A stretch of DNA of 64,000 nucleotides. Source: Oculina patagonica (Eukaryota). Positions 1 through 12,419 of this stretch are shown here, one piece after another. The stretch spans positions 47,988,001 through 48,052,000 of the forward strand of contig NC_135758.1 of NCBI RefSeq assembly GCF_052425735.1, in the 5' to 3' direction. Position 1 is the stretch's first letter. The number at the start of each line of letters is the position of its first letter. The notes under the pieces are model-generated. The model made no database searches. It worked only from the letters and a program-made list of their open reading frames with translations, and was not told the DNA's origin. The translations under genes and the position numbers were made by a program.

Positions 1-2300
1 CAGAGGCGCGCAAAGGACACTGATTGACAGTGTCCTAACGACGACAAAATAAAACTGATGTGCCCCGTCTCCAATAACTTGAATGCATCTGTAGTCGTTG
101 CTCCACAGTCACCAGGGTCTTTGTTCTATTTATAATCAGCGGTAGTCGTCACTTTCCAGTTCAATGCACATAGACTCCGATCTGCGAGATACATCAACAT
201 GTTTAGAGGGCATAATTTTGAACTGTCTTGGTTCATACTCGTTTTGGATGTGTTTTTTTTTTTTTTTTTTTTATAATACAACAATGCATTAACTGCAAAC
301 AGCCTCATTTTAACTGTCGATTTTAATTTAGTCTCGAAGTGTCGATGGAATGTCTTGCAGTCTAAACAAAACAACATTTTATTATCTTTTAAATCAATGT
401 CAAAGAAATGTGCTATCGGCAAAACCGAAATGGGTGGTGTCACGTAATGATTAAGCAACAAAATAACTTTATGCTCGTATCTTGAATAAAACAGTCATAT
501 GACTCTACGGCAAAGCTATTACAATGTTAGCTAACTTTAACATAAGACATGAAATCATGTACTTATTATGGCTTCAAAAAGGCATTACATTTCCACCAAA
601 CCCCAGGGGCAATAATTTGAATATCTATTATTGTTCCGCTTGTGTTTGAGAATGTCAATTACACAGTGTAAGGAGAAATTCAACGCTGGTCATTCTAATA
701 TAAAAGCCACACATTAACCGCTTAACGTCTCTAAGAAGATTTATATATTCAGCTCTCTCTATTTCCGATCAGCGCTTCAGATCGGCTATGCAATCAGTCA
801 ACAGTCATTTGAACTCAATGCCCGGTTGCTAACTGAATGATTGATTTTTTGAAGACACCCCACTGCGCATGGATGGATTCATTGTGTCATTGGAAAGCAA
901 ATACAACGCACTCAACCATGTGCGACAGCGCCTGTAACGCCGCGAGTCATCCGTCTTACTTCGACATTAAGGTGAGTTGGCAATTTTCAAGCAACGGTAT
1001 TTTTTCTTTTTTTCCGAAGAGAACAACTAAAGATAGCAATACTAAAAAGTAGAAATTTACAGAATTATTACCTGATCAGTTTAATTTCGATTGTGCAATT
1101 GTGTTATATTTTTACTCATCCAAGTGTATAAAGCCGTCAGCTACATGAAACTGAATTTGGAACTTTGCTCAACATCTTCGTAACCTAAACTTTAAATTAT
1201 TTATTTAGCGTCGCAGTTAGAACTGAAATCTAAAAGATTGTTCGAGGAGGTAAAATTCCTCAGATTCAGATGATTTTAGGTCAGTATGGACAGAAAGCAC
1301 AACAGAATGGTTTTTGTTGTAGTGGAATGACTCATGGAATCGTATTCCAGCGGGCAAATAGCGGTCCAGAAAGTTGCTCTGCGAAGGTTACAAGAATGTT
1401 TGCTCTTTATTGTGCTCTTGTCTGTAAAGGCGATGTTAATTTTCAAAACACGGTGTGCCTTCAAGCTTTGTTTAATTTTGTGATGCAAAACTAATTAATA
1501 CCATAAGTGGCGTGTTCCATGAATGTTAATGTGTTGAAATACGCAGAGCAGTCGATCTTTCAAATCAGGGTTACCTCCAAACGACTTACGCGTCAACAAA
1601 TTATCATTCAAAATTTTAGCGGAGCAAGCAGAAAATTGAACGTCAACTAGCAGGCAGATTCTTCAAATTATTAACACATCAATTCTTCTAGAAAGTGTTT
1701 TGTGACGCCCTTTGAAGCTTGAACAAAGACATCGCTGGTTCACCGATCCGCGACAGACTCGAATGTTCTTTCTTTTGTCCGGTTCTTTGCAATAGTAATA
1801 TTTTTGTCAGTCGTGAAGCTTGCGCAAAATGCGATAACGTGTTTTGTTTTCCTAGCTTTTCAAGCTCCGTGGTAACACCAACGAAGGCAAAGAATGCCCC
1901 GAGGCCATGAATTTTGACCTTTTTGTTTGAACCGATAACAAATTTTCGAAACCTAACCCGCAAGGAGCTGTTTTACTATTTGGTGCAGTGGAAGAAAATT
2001 TTCAGCTTACATTGTTGTGATTTTTTTTCTCTGAAGGAAATGTTATTGCCATCGTTTTGTTTTTGCGTGATCCAGGCACATGCTTTTTATGCGCTTTTGT
2101 GTTAACTTCAAATATAATTTACATATGTCGAACGCGATCCTTTTGAAAACGTCCTTGCAGTGATAGTTTTGCACGTGAAGAATTTTCTAACACGAGTGCT
2201 TTTTTAATGAGGGAAAAAACTCCTTACGAACGCTTTAAGATTGTAAGTCGGATATCATGAGCCGGTGCCAAAAGAGTCTCTACAAGATCAAAACTTTGCA

Positions 2301-4071
2301 TAATTAGTTTCGTTTTATTTTAACGAAAAAGGCGAACAAAAGAACAAAGACAATAGCAACTAAACCTGCTGGAGTTTCTTGTTGTTGAACTATGTATAAG
2401 GTATTAAGTTTCGCATCTCGCAGAAATTAACCACCACGTCACCCAGTGGAACTTGAAAAAAAAAAAACATAATCAGAGCTGACCGAACAACACCTGATCT
2501 AAGTTATGCCATTACACTTAATTCCAATTTCGAAGCTATTTTGTTCGCTCCGTTGTAAACAATAAAACGCAATTATTTTTGGATGATAGCTTTCAGCCCC
2601 GAATAGCCTCTCAGCCTCTTAGTCCCGGAGTCACCTCTCAGTTTCATAGTACTTGTACAGGATCGTGAAAATCATCACGTGGGAAGCTAAGATAGAATTG
2701 ATGTTGAACACGCTGGCGCGGGTGGAATTGTCAAGTGAGCACGTACTAACTGCTACTGAATTCTAGCGTCCGTTTGATTGACTGTATTTCAGAATACAAA
2801 GGATGACACCCTTGATTCGCCGTTCTATTGAACTGTGACCAACTGTATTCTTGTTGTTCCAGAATGAATGGAAGAAGATTAAGGTATTATTCTGCTCTCA
2901 CTATCAAAACACTCAGAATACCTAAAACTCCGATTAAAAGCCCTTCGCTTATTTTTTCATAAAGTATGTATGTATGTATGTATGTATGTATTTTCAAGTG
3001 GGCTAATTATTGGAGGAATTTTGAGTTTCAAATTAGTATTTGGAAGGGACTATATTCGTTCGTTCGCTCCGCGCGCTTGGAAAGGAATCAACTGCTACGT
3101 AGGCTAAAACACTTTAGGAGCACATTTATAAGAAAATAAGTTCTGTGATAACTAGGTGAACATCAAACCCCCCAAGCATAATAATAATAAAAATAAAAAA
3201 GTAAAATAATGTGATGCAAAATCACCCCCAAAAATGTAAAAAATGAAAAACAACCACAGCAACCATTTGGCAGCAGGGTGCTTAATAACCAAGACAAATT
3301 TGTGGTTCTTTATTTAGAGCTAAAACTAAATATAAGTTCATGGGCCAGGACCCACTGTTAGAACGAATTTTGTGTCTAAATAATTTTTTTGTAGTGTGCG
3401 TGTGTGTGCGAGGGTTTGGGAGGGTGGGTGGGTACGGGGGTTGGAAAACAAAAGTAACATAAGATAAGAAAAAGATCTCTGATCAGTTACGAGTACTATA
3501 AACATAATGGTGACCGTGAGGTGCATTCTGAAACGACACAAGCGAAGCGCCGAGAGCTGATATCGTAAAACAATTGCGTTTTATTCTCTATATTCTTTTG
3601 AAAGTGAGGGATCAGTTTTTCACAACGAAAGGGCAGTGTAAGGAATAAACGGTTTTAGCGTGTTTACGCCAGTAAATTTTGTTTTGGAACTTTGAAATTT
3701 GATTTATTGTAACAAGATAACTAATATAAGGTAACTGGGATTCGCTCTTTGTAAGCCAAGGTGTGCGAAGATGTTGCTCTTTGCCAATATTAAAGTTGGA
3801 GGTAGTCTTCAACACAGTCGTTCTTAGGGGTGATGTTACAGCACGATCGCCCCTATTAAAAACCGACTGCGTAGGGAGGCTATAAAGTTGGGGGTGGTCC
3901 GATTAATTTGTTGCAAGTTACATCAGGTGAAGTGCTGATTCTACGAGATGCGAAACCTCTAACCTTATACATAGTTTAATAACAAGAATCTCCAGCAGGT
4001 TTAGCTGCTATTGTCTTTGTTCTTTTGTTCGCCTGTTTCGTAAAAATAAAACAAAAGATAAAAACTAATTA
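2301..4071. repeat. Pair of ~170-bp diverged inverted repeats (2301-2474 and 3901-4071)
   Basis: GGCGAACAAAAGAACAAAGACAATAGCAACTAAACCTGCTGGAG at ~2331 is near reverse-complementary to CTCCAGCAGGTTTAGCTGCTATTGTCTTTGTTCTTTTGTTCGCC at ~3990. The right copy ends at the N gap. Confidence 0.85.
2964..2991. repeat. (GTAT)7 microsatellite
   Basis: Direct reading. Confidence 0.9.
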
Positions 4072-4207
4072 NNNNNNNNNNNNNNNNNNNNNNNNNNNNN
4101 NNNNNNNNNNNNNNNNNNNNNNNNNNNNNNNNNNNNNNNNNNNNNNNNNNNNNNNNNNNNNNNNNNNNNNNNNNNNNNNNNNNNNNNNNNNNNNNNNNNN
4201 NNNNNNN
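4072..4207. other. Assembly gap (136 N)
   Basis: Run of N. Confidence 1.
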
Positions 4208-5857
4208 AGAGCTGACGGGGGCTGGCTAGGCCCCTAGCAAAACATATGTCCGACATACACTGTCCTGAAAGAGTTTTTTCTTTAGTGAAAGCTATTTTTA
4301 CTACATCAAAAAAATCCTGAATCACTGAGATTCCTCACGTGCAAAACTCCATCCTCCTATATATCTCGCCTCGTGCGCCTCGTTTCCCCTTCTGCCTTCT
4401 CTTTGAACGCCAGTCACGGAGGCTTAGGGAATAAATTTAACGAAAATCCTGGTTTTTCAAATACATCTTCCCGAGACGTACATATCTTATGTCGCAGAAA
4501 TGTTTCAGAACACTGAGTTTCTTGAGGTTTTTTGTTGAAAGAAATATGTGGACATTTCAGTTTAACCTAAACGAAGCGATTGTATAAAAAGGCGGGAAAA
4601 TCGTTGGCGCGTTGTTCACTTTGTAAGCTGAATGAAAGACGGGAAGAAAAGGAGAAAATTCTCTTGATGGCTGTACACAGGCTAGATAAATGTTCCTCGC
4701 TCAGTCGCCTCTAAAGTTGCTACGTCAGCAAAACTTAAAAGAGATGAGTTTGGTTAATGGTAAGATCCGAAATAATTGCGTAACTAAACATTATTTTCAT
4801 TGTACAAGTTGAAAATGTTTAAAAGAAGCGAGAGTTTAATCACTGTCTACCGTTTTCGCGGCTGACTAAGAGTTAAGAGAATTAATTGCGTTGAGATGAA
4901 ACTGAGCTCAGAGCCGATCAAAGTAAAGGACTAAAGAAACTGCTTATAACTATACGGATTGAGAGGAAGCCGGCGAGGAAGCCGGATTGATCTTTGCAGA
5001 TAAATAAATTTACTGTCGGTGGTGTTAATTTTACGTTGGCCGCCATGAAAAAATACTGTCGCATCGTCTCCGATATTTGTTGACCTCGTTTGAAAGCTTT
5101 GTCTTGCTGAATTGTCTAGCGTTCTCCAAGTATGGGTTAACAAACTTCAATGCATACGCTAAGCCTGATTTTAATGTGAAAATCTCTTTCCACTTTGTGA
5201 ACGAAGTTGTGTCGATTTTCCGAGATCTCCCTGTTAACTGAATTTCATTTTAGTTAAGCTTAATGCTGCTTTCGATTTTCGGCTCTTTAATCGCTTATGC
5301 TGCACATATAAAGACATGTTCTGTAAAATGTTTCGTTACCTAATAGGTTAATTGTGACATTTTGTTTGATTTTGGTGGGCAAATGATCTGTATATTCAAC
5401 GTATTGTGGCCACGAACAAAATTGTATTAACAATCGCGTCCATTTGCCATATAAGGTAAAGCTCTGGTTATTCGATATTCGCCGATAACCGGAAATTGTG
5501 AGACAATCAGAAAGCTAGAAATGCAAAAACCAAGGTTTAGAATTTATTAACTCCAGATATTCCCCAAGTTTTGCTGGAGCGCGTGAAGTGTTTTAACCAG
5601 TGTAAATTGCGCGCGAAAAAATATTAAAAAAAAATATTTTTATGCAACACTACAAAATGTGGTTAAATGGTTAGTGGCACGTTTTTTCCTATATTTAAAA
5701 TTTCTCTGAACATCACTTGACTGCCCCTTCTCTTATTTACATTTTCAGTTGAAATAAGCATGGACGTCACAATTTCTTGGCCTTTCTGTTTGTGACAAGT
5801 GACAAGGATAAAGGAAATTAACTGCTGACATCTGTACTATCACAACTGGTAACCAGA

Positions 5858-8857
5858 ATGTACTCTTTAAACGACATCACAAATGGCGGTGTGGCGCTAG
5901 AAACTGGACATCATACTCAAAACATTCCTACTTACGAAATGCCTATCGTAAAGGTAGAAATATCTCAGCCATCCCGCAACACGGTCCGTCACCAAACGTT
6001 TTCATTGCCACAGGAATCACTTTATGATGCACGTTCACCTGGAGAGATAAACACCCAAGAAGATGTATTCAAAATCCAAATAAGTAACGTTCAAGGAGCG
6101 ACATCTGATAAAAACATCGATAAGAATGAAATGCCCGCTAATCAAAAGAAAGAAAACCAAGTGAATAACATAAGCAACCATCAAATGCAGTCAAATTTTC
6201 ACCTTGGCACTCAAGTGAAAAGTACATTAGCAGAACGTTTTTCTGGTAGACAGCTGTCCAAGATAATCCAAGAGAAAAGGTATTCAATAGAAACTGAGAT
6301 GCAATCTCCGGTAAATCAGGCAAGTATTCACAATGGGAAGCCATTTTCCGAGACGGAAATACAGAAAGAATTACCGTTCCAAATAAATTCGGACGAGTGT
6401 GAGATAGTGCCACCTTATAATTTCAACAATCAGCCAGATATTTCGCAGATGAGTACGGAATATCCATCGCAAGTTTATCAGACCAACGTTACCATGTCAG
6501 CTTATCAGGGTGAAACACGAGGGATATTTTCATCTTATCAGAATGGTTACCCAGAGAGTATTTCATCAAGTCACCAGATCAGTACCAACATGGCAGCTCC
6601 ATCAGTTCATATGACTTCCCATGGCACAGTACCATTATCTCACATGCAGAAAACGCCTACTTCGCAAACAGGCAACACCATGGACACGGCACCTCCATCG
6701 GTTCATGTAAATTCTCATGCCACAGCGCCACCATATCGCAGAGAAAAAACGCCCACTTCCCAAGCAGGGAACAGAATGGACACCGCACCTCCATCGGTTC
6801 ACGTCAATTCCCATACCACAGTGCCACTATATCGCATGGAGAAAACACACACTTCTCCTACAGGAAGCGGCACCAACATGGCAGCTTCATCATTTCATGC
6901 GAATTCCCATGCCACAGTACCACTTCACCACATGAAGGAAACGCCCACTTTCCAAACAGAAGATGGTGGAAAAAATGCGAGTTTTAGGGCTGACTGCCAT
7001 GCAGGAATGTTTAAATACAATAGTGACTACACTTTTCACGATTTTCAACAAGGGATGCACTACTGGCAGGCAGAAAGCCATGATATAGTACCAAACCCCC
7101 AAAGCAGTGTACACAGTTGTAACTGTTGTTGCCATGGTCGAAATGAATCGCCGCGTTATCCTCTTTTTGATCCGAAAAACCAACGACCTTCAGTTATCAT
7201 GGTTCCTGTGAGTTGGAGCAGCAGTGATTCTGGAACATCCCATTTGCCCTTAAAGGTAAAGTACTTTATACATAGAGTTCAACTCCTAACAATCATAGCT
7301 TTAACTGCTCAGCAGTCTAAGAATAAAGTCGCTTCTCTCTCGAAATTGCTGGAGATTGATGATGGGCAACATCAATCACTGGCTACAACTGTTTTTATGT
7401 TGTATGTACAGTTTGTTCAGTTAAAGGCAAATCATCTCTATCCAAACACACATTTGCGCATTTCGAAACAAGACCTGAACTTACAGGGATTCTATATTAC
7501 CACTCAAATCGCTGCATGACCTGAATCATTATGAATCTATTAATTGATACTGATTCACCCGGCCTCTTGAACCGTGAATGGTGTAACACGCGCTTTCAGT
7601 GTTACGTGCATAGCGGCTTTCTATCGACATCCATCTTTCGACGTGCGCCAATCACAGCCCTGTAGCATGACCTTCTAACCTTGTGGGCTCATTTGCATAA
7701 AACCAAACTGATTGGCTCATTTCAAAAGCACGTCGAAAGAAGATGTCGAAAGACGGATGTAGCTATGAAAGCGGGTGTAAATGAAGCTTGTTATTTAGTA
7801 AATTACATCAATTGTACTGTTCCTTTCTCAAATAGGTTAATAGTTCTGCTAACAAGCTGCATTCTGAAGGACATTGTCCAAACGGGGAGGGCGTGGCTGA
7901 TCAAATGGTACGTATTTGTTGAAAACATTAGAAATAAAGTTGCTAAAGTCACACAATGTTATGGCATTTCTTTTAAGACCTTTCTAAATTTACCGGAAAA
8001 TAATTTGAAGGACTTTACGATTTTAGGTTTTCGCGTCAACATTGTTTTGACTGAATACTTGCGGCTTTTCTTTTCTGTTTTCTTGTTACCTTTTTTGCTG
8101 TTTTGTTGTATTTATGGTCCATCTTTGCGCGCCTTCAAGTTGTATTAATTCAATTGATTTTCTGACGTCAAAAATCGTGTGGTCCAAGATGGCAGGCTAC
8201 ATAGACGTCAATTTTGTTTCCTTAGCAAGAAGATACCGTTCAGTACAGGAATTAGACCAAAAAGCTTGATCTAAATAGGAATGCAAAGACAAAAGTGCAG
8301 CGCAGCCATGTTTTTGAGCAATCAGTAAAGGGCAAGGTACAGATATAAGATAATGAGTGTTCTTTTTTTAATGTTTTTAGCATTACTTGGTTGATTCAGA
8401 TTCATCTGACGATGATGACGAGTACGGAAAGGAAAAGTATTTTCGAAAGAACATCGATGGAACTACAGCAAGATTTAAGTTGACGAAAGAGGAGTGGGCG
8501 AGAATTCCAATCAACACATTCCCCAGTGGTGGCCGATTGTTGAGTGGAGACTGGACTCGAATCTTCCTCAGCAAAGTTAAAGAAAGCAACCCATGGTGCA
8601 GCCTGCGCTTCAAGAATAATCACGTGAGATCAGAAAACTCTCGGAAAATCCACTCAGCAGTGTTCTTCAGAGGAGGCGCGGAATGCAAGCGACCAGAATG
8701 CAACGTAAAAGTACGATTTGTCATCCGGAAGGAAAAAGGAAAACACGTGGATGTGACGTATGTGGGTGACGTTTGCCACAACAGCCAGCCAGGCGTAAGT
8801 GACGCCACAAGTAACAAAAAGAGACTCAATCGTGTTCGTCGGACTTATTCTACTTGA
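5858..8857 (+). CDS. Uncharacterised ~624-aa probable transcriptional regulator: low-complexity N-terminus, 4x32-aa repeat, C-terminal Cys/His domain resembling the N-terminal DNA-binding region of MULE/NOF-type transposases
   Basis: join(5858..7255,8381..8857). Donor AAG|GTAAAG at 7255/7256 and acceptor TTTTTAG|CAT at 8380/8381 are both phase 0 and fuse the 553-aa and 156-aa ORFs. The last exon has W-x-x-I-P...WT-x-IF...PWC...C-x4-C-x24-C-H and a basic tail (NKKRLNRVRR). Confidence 0.8.
6584..6960 (+). repeat. Coding tandem repeat, 4 copies of 96 bp / 32 aa (PSVHxNSHxTVPxxxMEKTPTSQxG-like)
   Basis: SVH/SVH/SVH/SFH recur at an exact 32-aa spacing in the translation. Confidence 0.9.
7609..7767. 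mobile_element. Palindromic MITE in the intron of the 5858 gene
   Basis: CATAGC..TCGACATCCATCTTTCGACGTGC is inverted as GCACGTCGAAAGAAGATGTCGA..GCTATG. Confidence 0.6.
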
Positions 8858-9061
8858 ACCGAATTTCGTTCAAACAGGAACTACCAGAATTACTAGAACA
8901 ACTAGAATTCTGTTAAAATCTTGAGTGCCTGTCAAAATCAAGAGAAATGATTGGCTTGGCTAGGTTTGTTTATATTTTAATTGTTCAACCGTTGTTTTGT
9001 TTAATTCGTGGGAATGTCGGGAAAAGCGATGTTTTCCCTTTTTTAAGTGCAAAGTTCTGCC

Positions 9062-9578
9062 TAATTGTTACTCATTTTCGCGGAAACTTTTTTTTGCGAA
9101 AATCAGAGGCTAATTTCGCGGTTTGGCAAAAGAATCGTGTTGCAAGGAACTAAATTTCGCGAAACGTTTCCAAATGCTGATCCACATTAACAGACAGGTA
9201 GTTTCAAAAACAGCGCTATATATATTAATTTAACATAGAGATTAGATATTTACAATGAAATGGACCATGGCTATGAAAAACAAAATTTATAACAGGTTGA
9301 CATGTTCGTTTGCGACAAAGCACAACAAAATACTACCATATATGTTCGAGTTCTCTCTGCTGTATGGTCCTGTATGATTTGGTGAAAGATCTGGAAAACA
9401 TGAACACGGTAGCTTAAATGCAGGACTAGTACAAGGGACACATTATAGCGTATACTGACGTCTTTAACATAAATTTTACATTGTTAATTTTCGCGCGAAC
9501 TTTTTTCGCGGGACTTCAATTTCGCGATTTTTTTGTAATCGCGAAAATTTAGTCCTGCAAAAATAAGTAACTTGGGTG
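9062..9578. mobile_element. Degenerate MITE with repeated AATTTCGCG motifs; a related fragment is at ~47257-47340
   Basis: GTTACTCATTTTCGCGG at the left and CCTGCAAAAATAAGTAAC at the right are imperfect TIRs; internal TTTCGCG repeats. Confidence 0.45.
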
Positions 9579-10475
9579 ATATATTTTTATACACGATTGC
9601 TTGAACTTGCAAGAAAGCATTGAAGTTGCTTCTCCTTGCACTGCAAAAACAATCCCTTTCTTTCCAGTTATAGAATTATCATATTAGGGTTGTGTATTTT
9701 TGACAACAAGTATAAGATTAATAGATGTCAAGGGGACTACTATACAAAATCTTATTTTTGTATAGGAAATTTTATTGATAAGTTTATGCAGTTTCCTGAG
9801 GCAAGGAAATTTTAAATGATAAAAGACGCTATTTTCTAGAACAATGCATTTTCCATCACATACATGTGCCTTCAATAATATTTAATAATTGTTGTTTATT
9901 TAAGGCAAAGTCTAATGTTTACAAAGGAGACCGGTTTAAACACATAAAACTGAACTAACTGTGATATAAATACTTTAAATTTAAAGAACATCTTTGAAAC
10001 ACAATATTTCAAAAAAGATTCTGAATTGTAATACTGTTTTTATGATGTCAATTATTATCTGAGGGGGAGGGGACTCCGTACATGTTAATGAAGGGATGCT
10101 CGCCGTTTATTTATTAAGCTTGAAAATCGTGTTTTGGTTCCACTAAAGACGTTCCATTTGACGGTTACCCTAAGTTATGATAAATCTCAGGGCGGGTTAT
10201 CTTCAAAGTAAGCCGATAATGAATACGAACTAATTGCCAATGGTCCTTGACTGTCCATTGTCACGAACCACTCCAGCCTAGCCTCTACGGGTGCTCAGTT
10301 AAAAGGAGTCTGGGGTCCGACCGTGAGCGGTGACGTCACCGAAGAGCCCAGGCTTTGCACGGTCACCGAAACAAAAGAGAACGCCAAGATACTGGGCTGA
10401 TATCTTTAACGGGTACAAATGAACTTGAGCCACGCCCAAAAATATAGATTGATTGTCGTGCCACTTCCTTAAAAA

Positions 10476-10643
10476 TAGCCTGCGAGCAGGCCCCTTGGGG
10501 CCCGAGAGCACAGAGAGCGGCGAAGCCGCGCGAACGTGAGCGGGGCCGCGAGGCCATTGGCGCCACTCCCCGCAGTATCGCGCACGCCGCCACCGGGGCC
10601 CCAAGGATATCGCGCGGCCCCTACGGAGCCTGCTCGCAGGCTA
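10476..10643. mobile_element. GC-rich MITE with TAG...CTA termini (Academ-like) and ~9-bp TSD
   Basis: TIR TAGCCTGCGAGCAGGC / GCCTGCTCGCAGGCTA; flanks CCTTAAAAA / CCTTCAAAA. Confidence 0.75.
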
Positions 10644-11960
10644 CCTTCAAAATAATAATCTTATATTTGTAGTGCGCAAATGATACATATTAGGGATTTT
10701 TTCTGTAAATTTCTTGATGTGCGACGAGCTACCACTTTTTTTTATGGGAGTCCCCTCCCGCGGGATTATGATATTAATATAATACACTCTACATTCTCCA
10801 TCAAATGAAGAGTTTTGTAAGACCTTCTCAATAAAAAGATAATTATTTTCAGCCGCGAGGTGCAGTATTTTTATTAACTCGCCCAGTTACTGCTTTACTT
10901 TCATTTTTTTTTTATGACAGTAGATAGGGCCAGGTCAACTGAAAAAGAGAACTTAATTGTCCGTCGACCTTAAACGAGCTATGCCACAGTATTTTAAGTC
11001 ATTTTTCTGATTAGTTTGAAATTGAAGGAAACCCCCAAATTTGTTTTCTAACGTAGGAAAAACCAACGGAGTAATAAAAAGGGCGCAATGGAAGCTGGGC
11101 TCTAAAACGACGGCTTTTCACTGGCTAGAATTCGGGAGACGCGGGAATCCGATCCCATGAACGATGAAAATCGATACACACTAGAAAGTTGACCAATTTC
11201 TGGGACTATTGGTCCCTGCGATTAGTCCCAGAAATCAAACCAGCTTAATTCGTAGGACAAGTCGCAAGGACCAAAAATGTGGTCCCTGCGACTAGAGTTT
11301 CGATGCAAAATACGACACACTAGGGGACTGTTCCCGAAGCAAGCCCCTTTGAGAAGTCTTTGCGACTAGTTCCCTGCTGTGTGCCGACCTTTAGACATTT
11401 GCATTTTTATCTTTGCTAAAGAAGGCAAAAGTAGTGGCTGAAACGTCCAGAACAATAAATTTTTAGCCAGTGTCAACCCTTTTATTTTTTTTTACCAAAG
11501 TTTTTAACATGCTTGGCTACACACCAAACACTTTTAACATTCCATGACTATCGTGCTTAATAAAACGTAAAAGAAAAAAATGCCTTCTGGTAATACAAGA
11601 AAAGTATAACTTGTGCAAAAAAGTCTTGTAGACTAAGTCAAAACATTTAAATAAGAATGGTAGCGATCACCGATTCATTCGACAGCGGGGTTTGTTTATA
11701 ATTAATCACGTTGCGAAGCTGTAGTTTTGTTATTGAAAAAGTTTTAAACAGTTGAAAATAAATATTAAACAGAACCCCAAATTTCGATGTACGAAATATT
11801 TAAAACAAGACGTGAACGTGGTGCTTTCATTTGAATGATCCTACTCTAGAGTTTTTTTCATCTATGCAGACTTAAAAGTTAGAATCATATTACTCTACAG
11901 CTAGTGAAAAGATTTTTTTTTTTTATTATTGAACAAACAATTATCCTTGCAAAAAGAATC

Positions 11961-12384
11961 CCCGGGGGGGGGGGGTACTTCATATAATGGCCTATAAGGG
12001 GAGGCTCCGCCCGAAAGGGGTACCTTTTTCAGGCTTCAGGTATATAAAAGGGTAGGGATTTCACAAGTTTTGGTATATGACAGGGTATGAAAATCCGTCA
12101 TTTAGGTTTTTAAAAGGGCCTTTAATTAAAATATTTCGAACAGACGCACTTTATGGCTGTATTATTTTAATTTATTAAGCACTGCATGAAAATAACAAGA
12201 AAACGTCCTGTTCTAAGTCTATGCCATGTCTTTTAGGTATATGAAAGGGATACCTTTTTTTCATCAAAGCGTATACGAAAGGGGTACAATTTCTGTCAAA
12301 ATGGTATATAAAAGGGTAAGGGGTAAAAGCTTGGGGCGGAGCCTCCCCGTATAAAACTTTTTATGCGTACCCCCCCCCCCCCGG
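11961..12384. mobile_element. MITE with CCGGGGGGGG-GTAC termini, in the probable 3' UTR of the ferroxidase gene
   Basis: CCCGG(G)nTAC ... GTAC(C)nCCGG termini; internal GGGGAGGCTCCGCCC / GGGCGGAGCCTCCCC inverted pair. Confidence 0.8.
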
Positions 12385-12419
12385 AAAAAATCAAAAACAT
12401 CGAAGATGGCACATGAGGT

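Larger units (their letters stand above)
900..5857 (+). other. Possible spliced 5' UTR of the 5858 gene (donor after 971, acceptor before 5749)
   Basis: Strong donor AAG|GTGAGT at 971/972 and pyrimidine-rich acceptor TTTTCAG|TTG at 5748/5749, 109 nt upstream of ATG 5858. Start position approximate; no transcript evidence. Confidence 0.4.

Noticed and set aside
1-461. 111-aa minus-strand ORF at the window start
   Set aside because: Runs through a poly-A tract, has no motif and no clear splice context.
7256-7519. C-terminal 88 codons of the 553-aa ORF
   Set aside because: Read-through into the intron after a good donor at 7255; the phase-0 splice to 8381 gives a more coherent protein.
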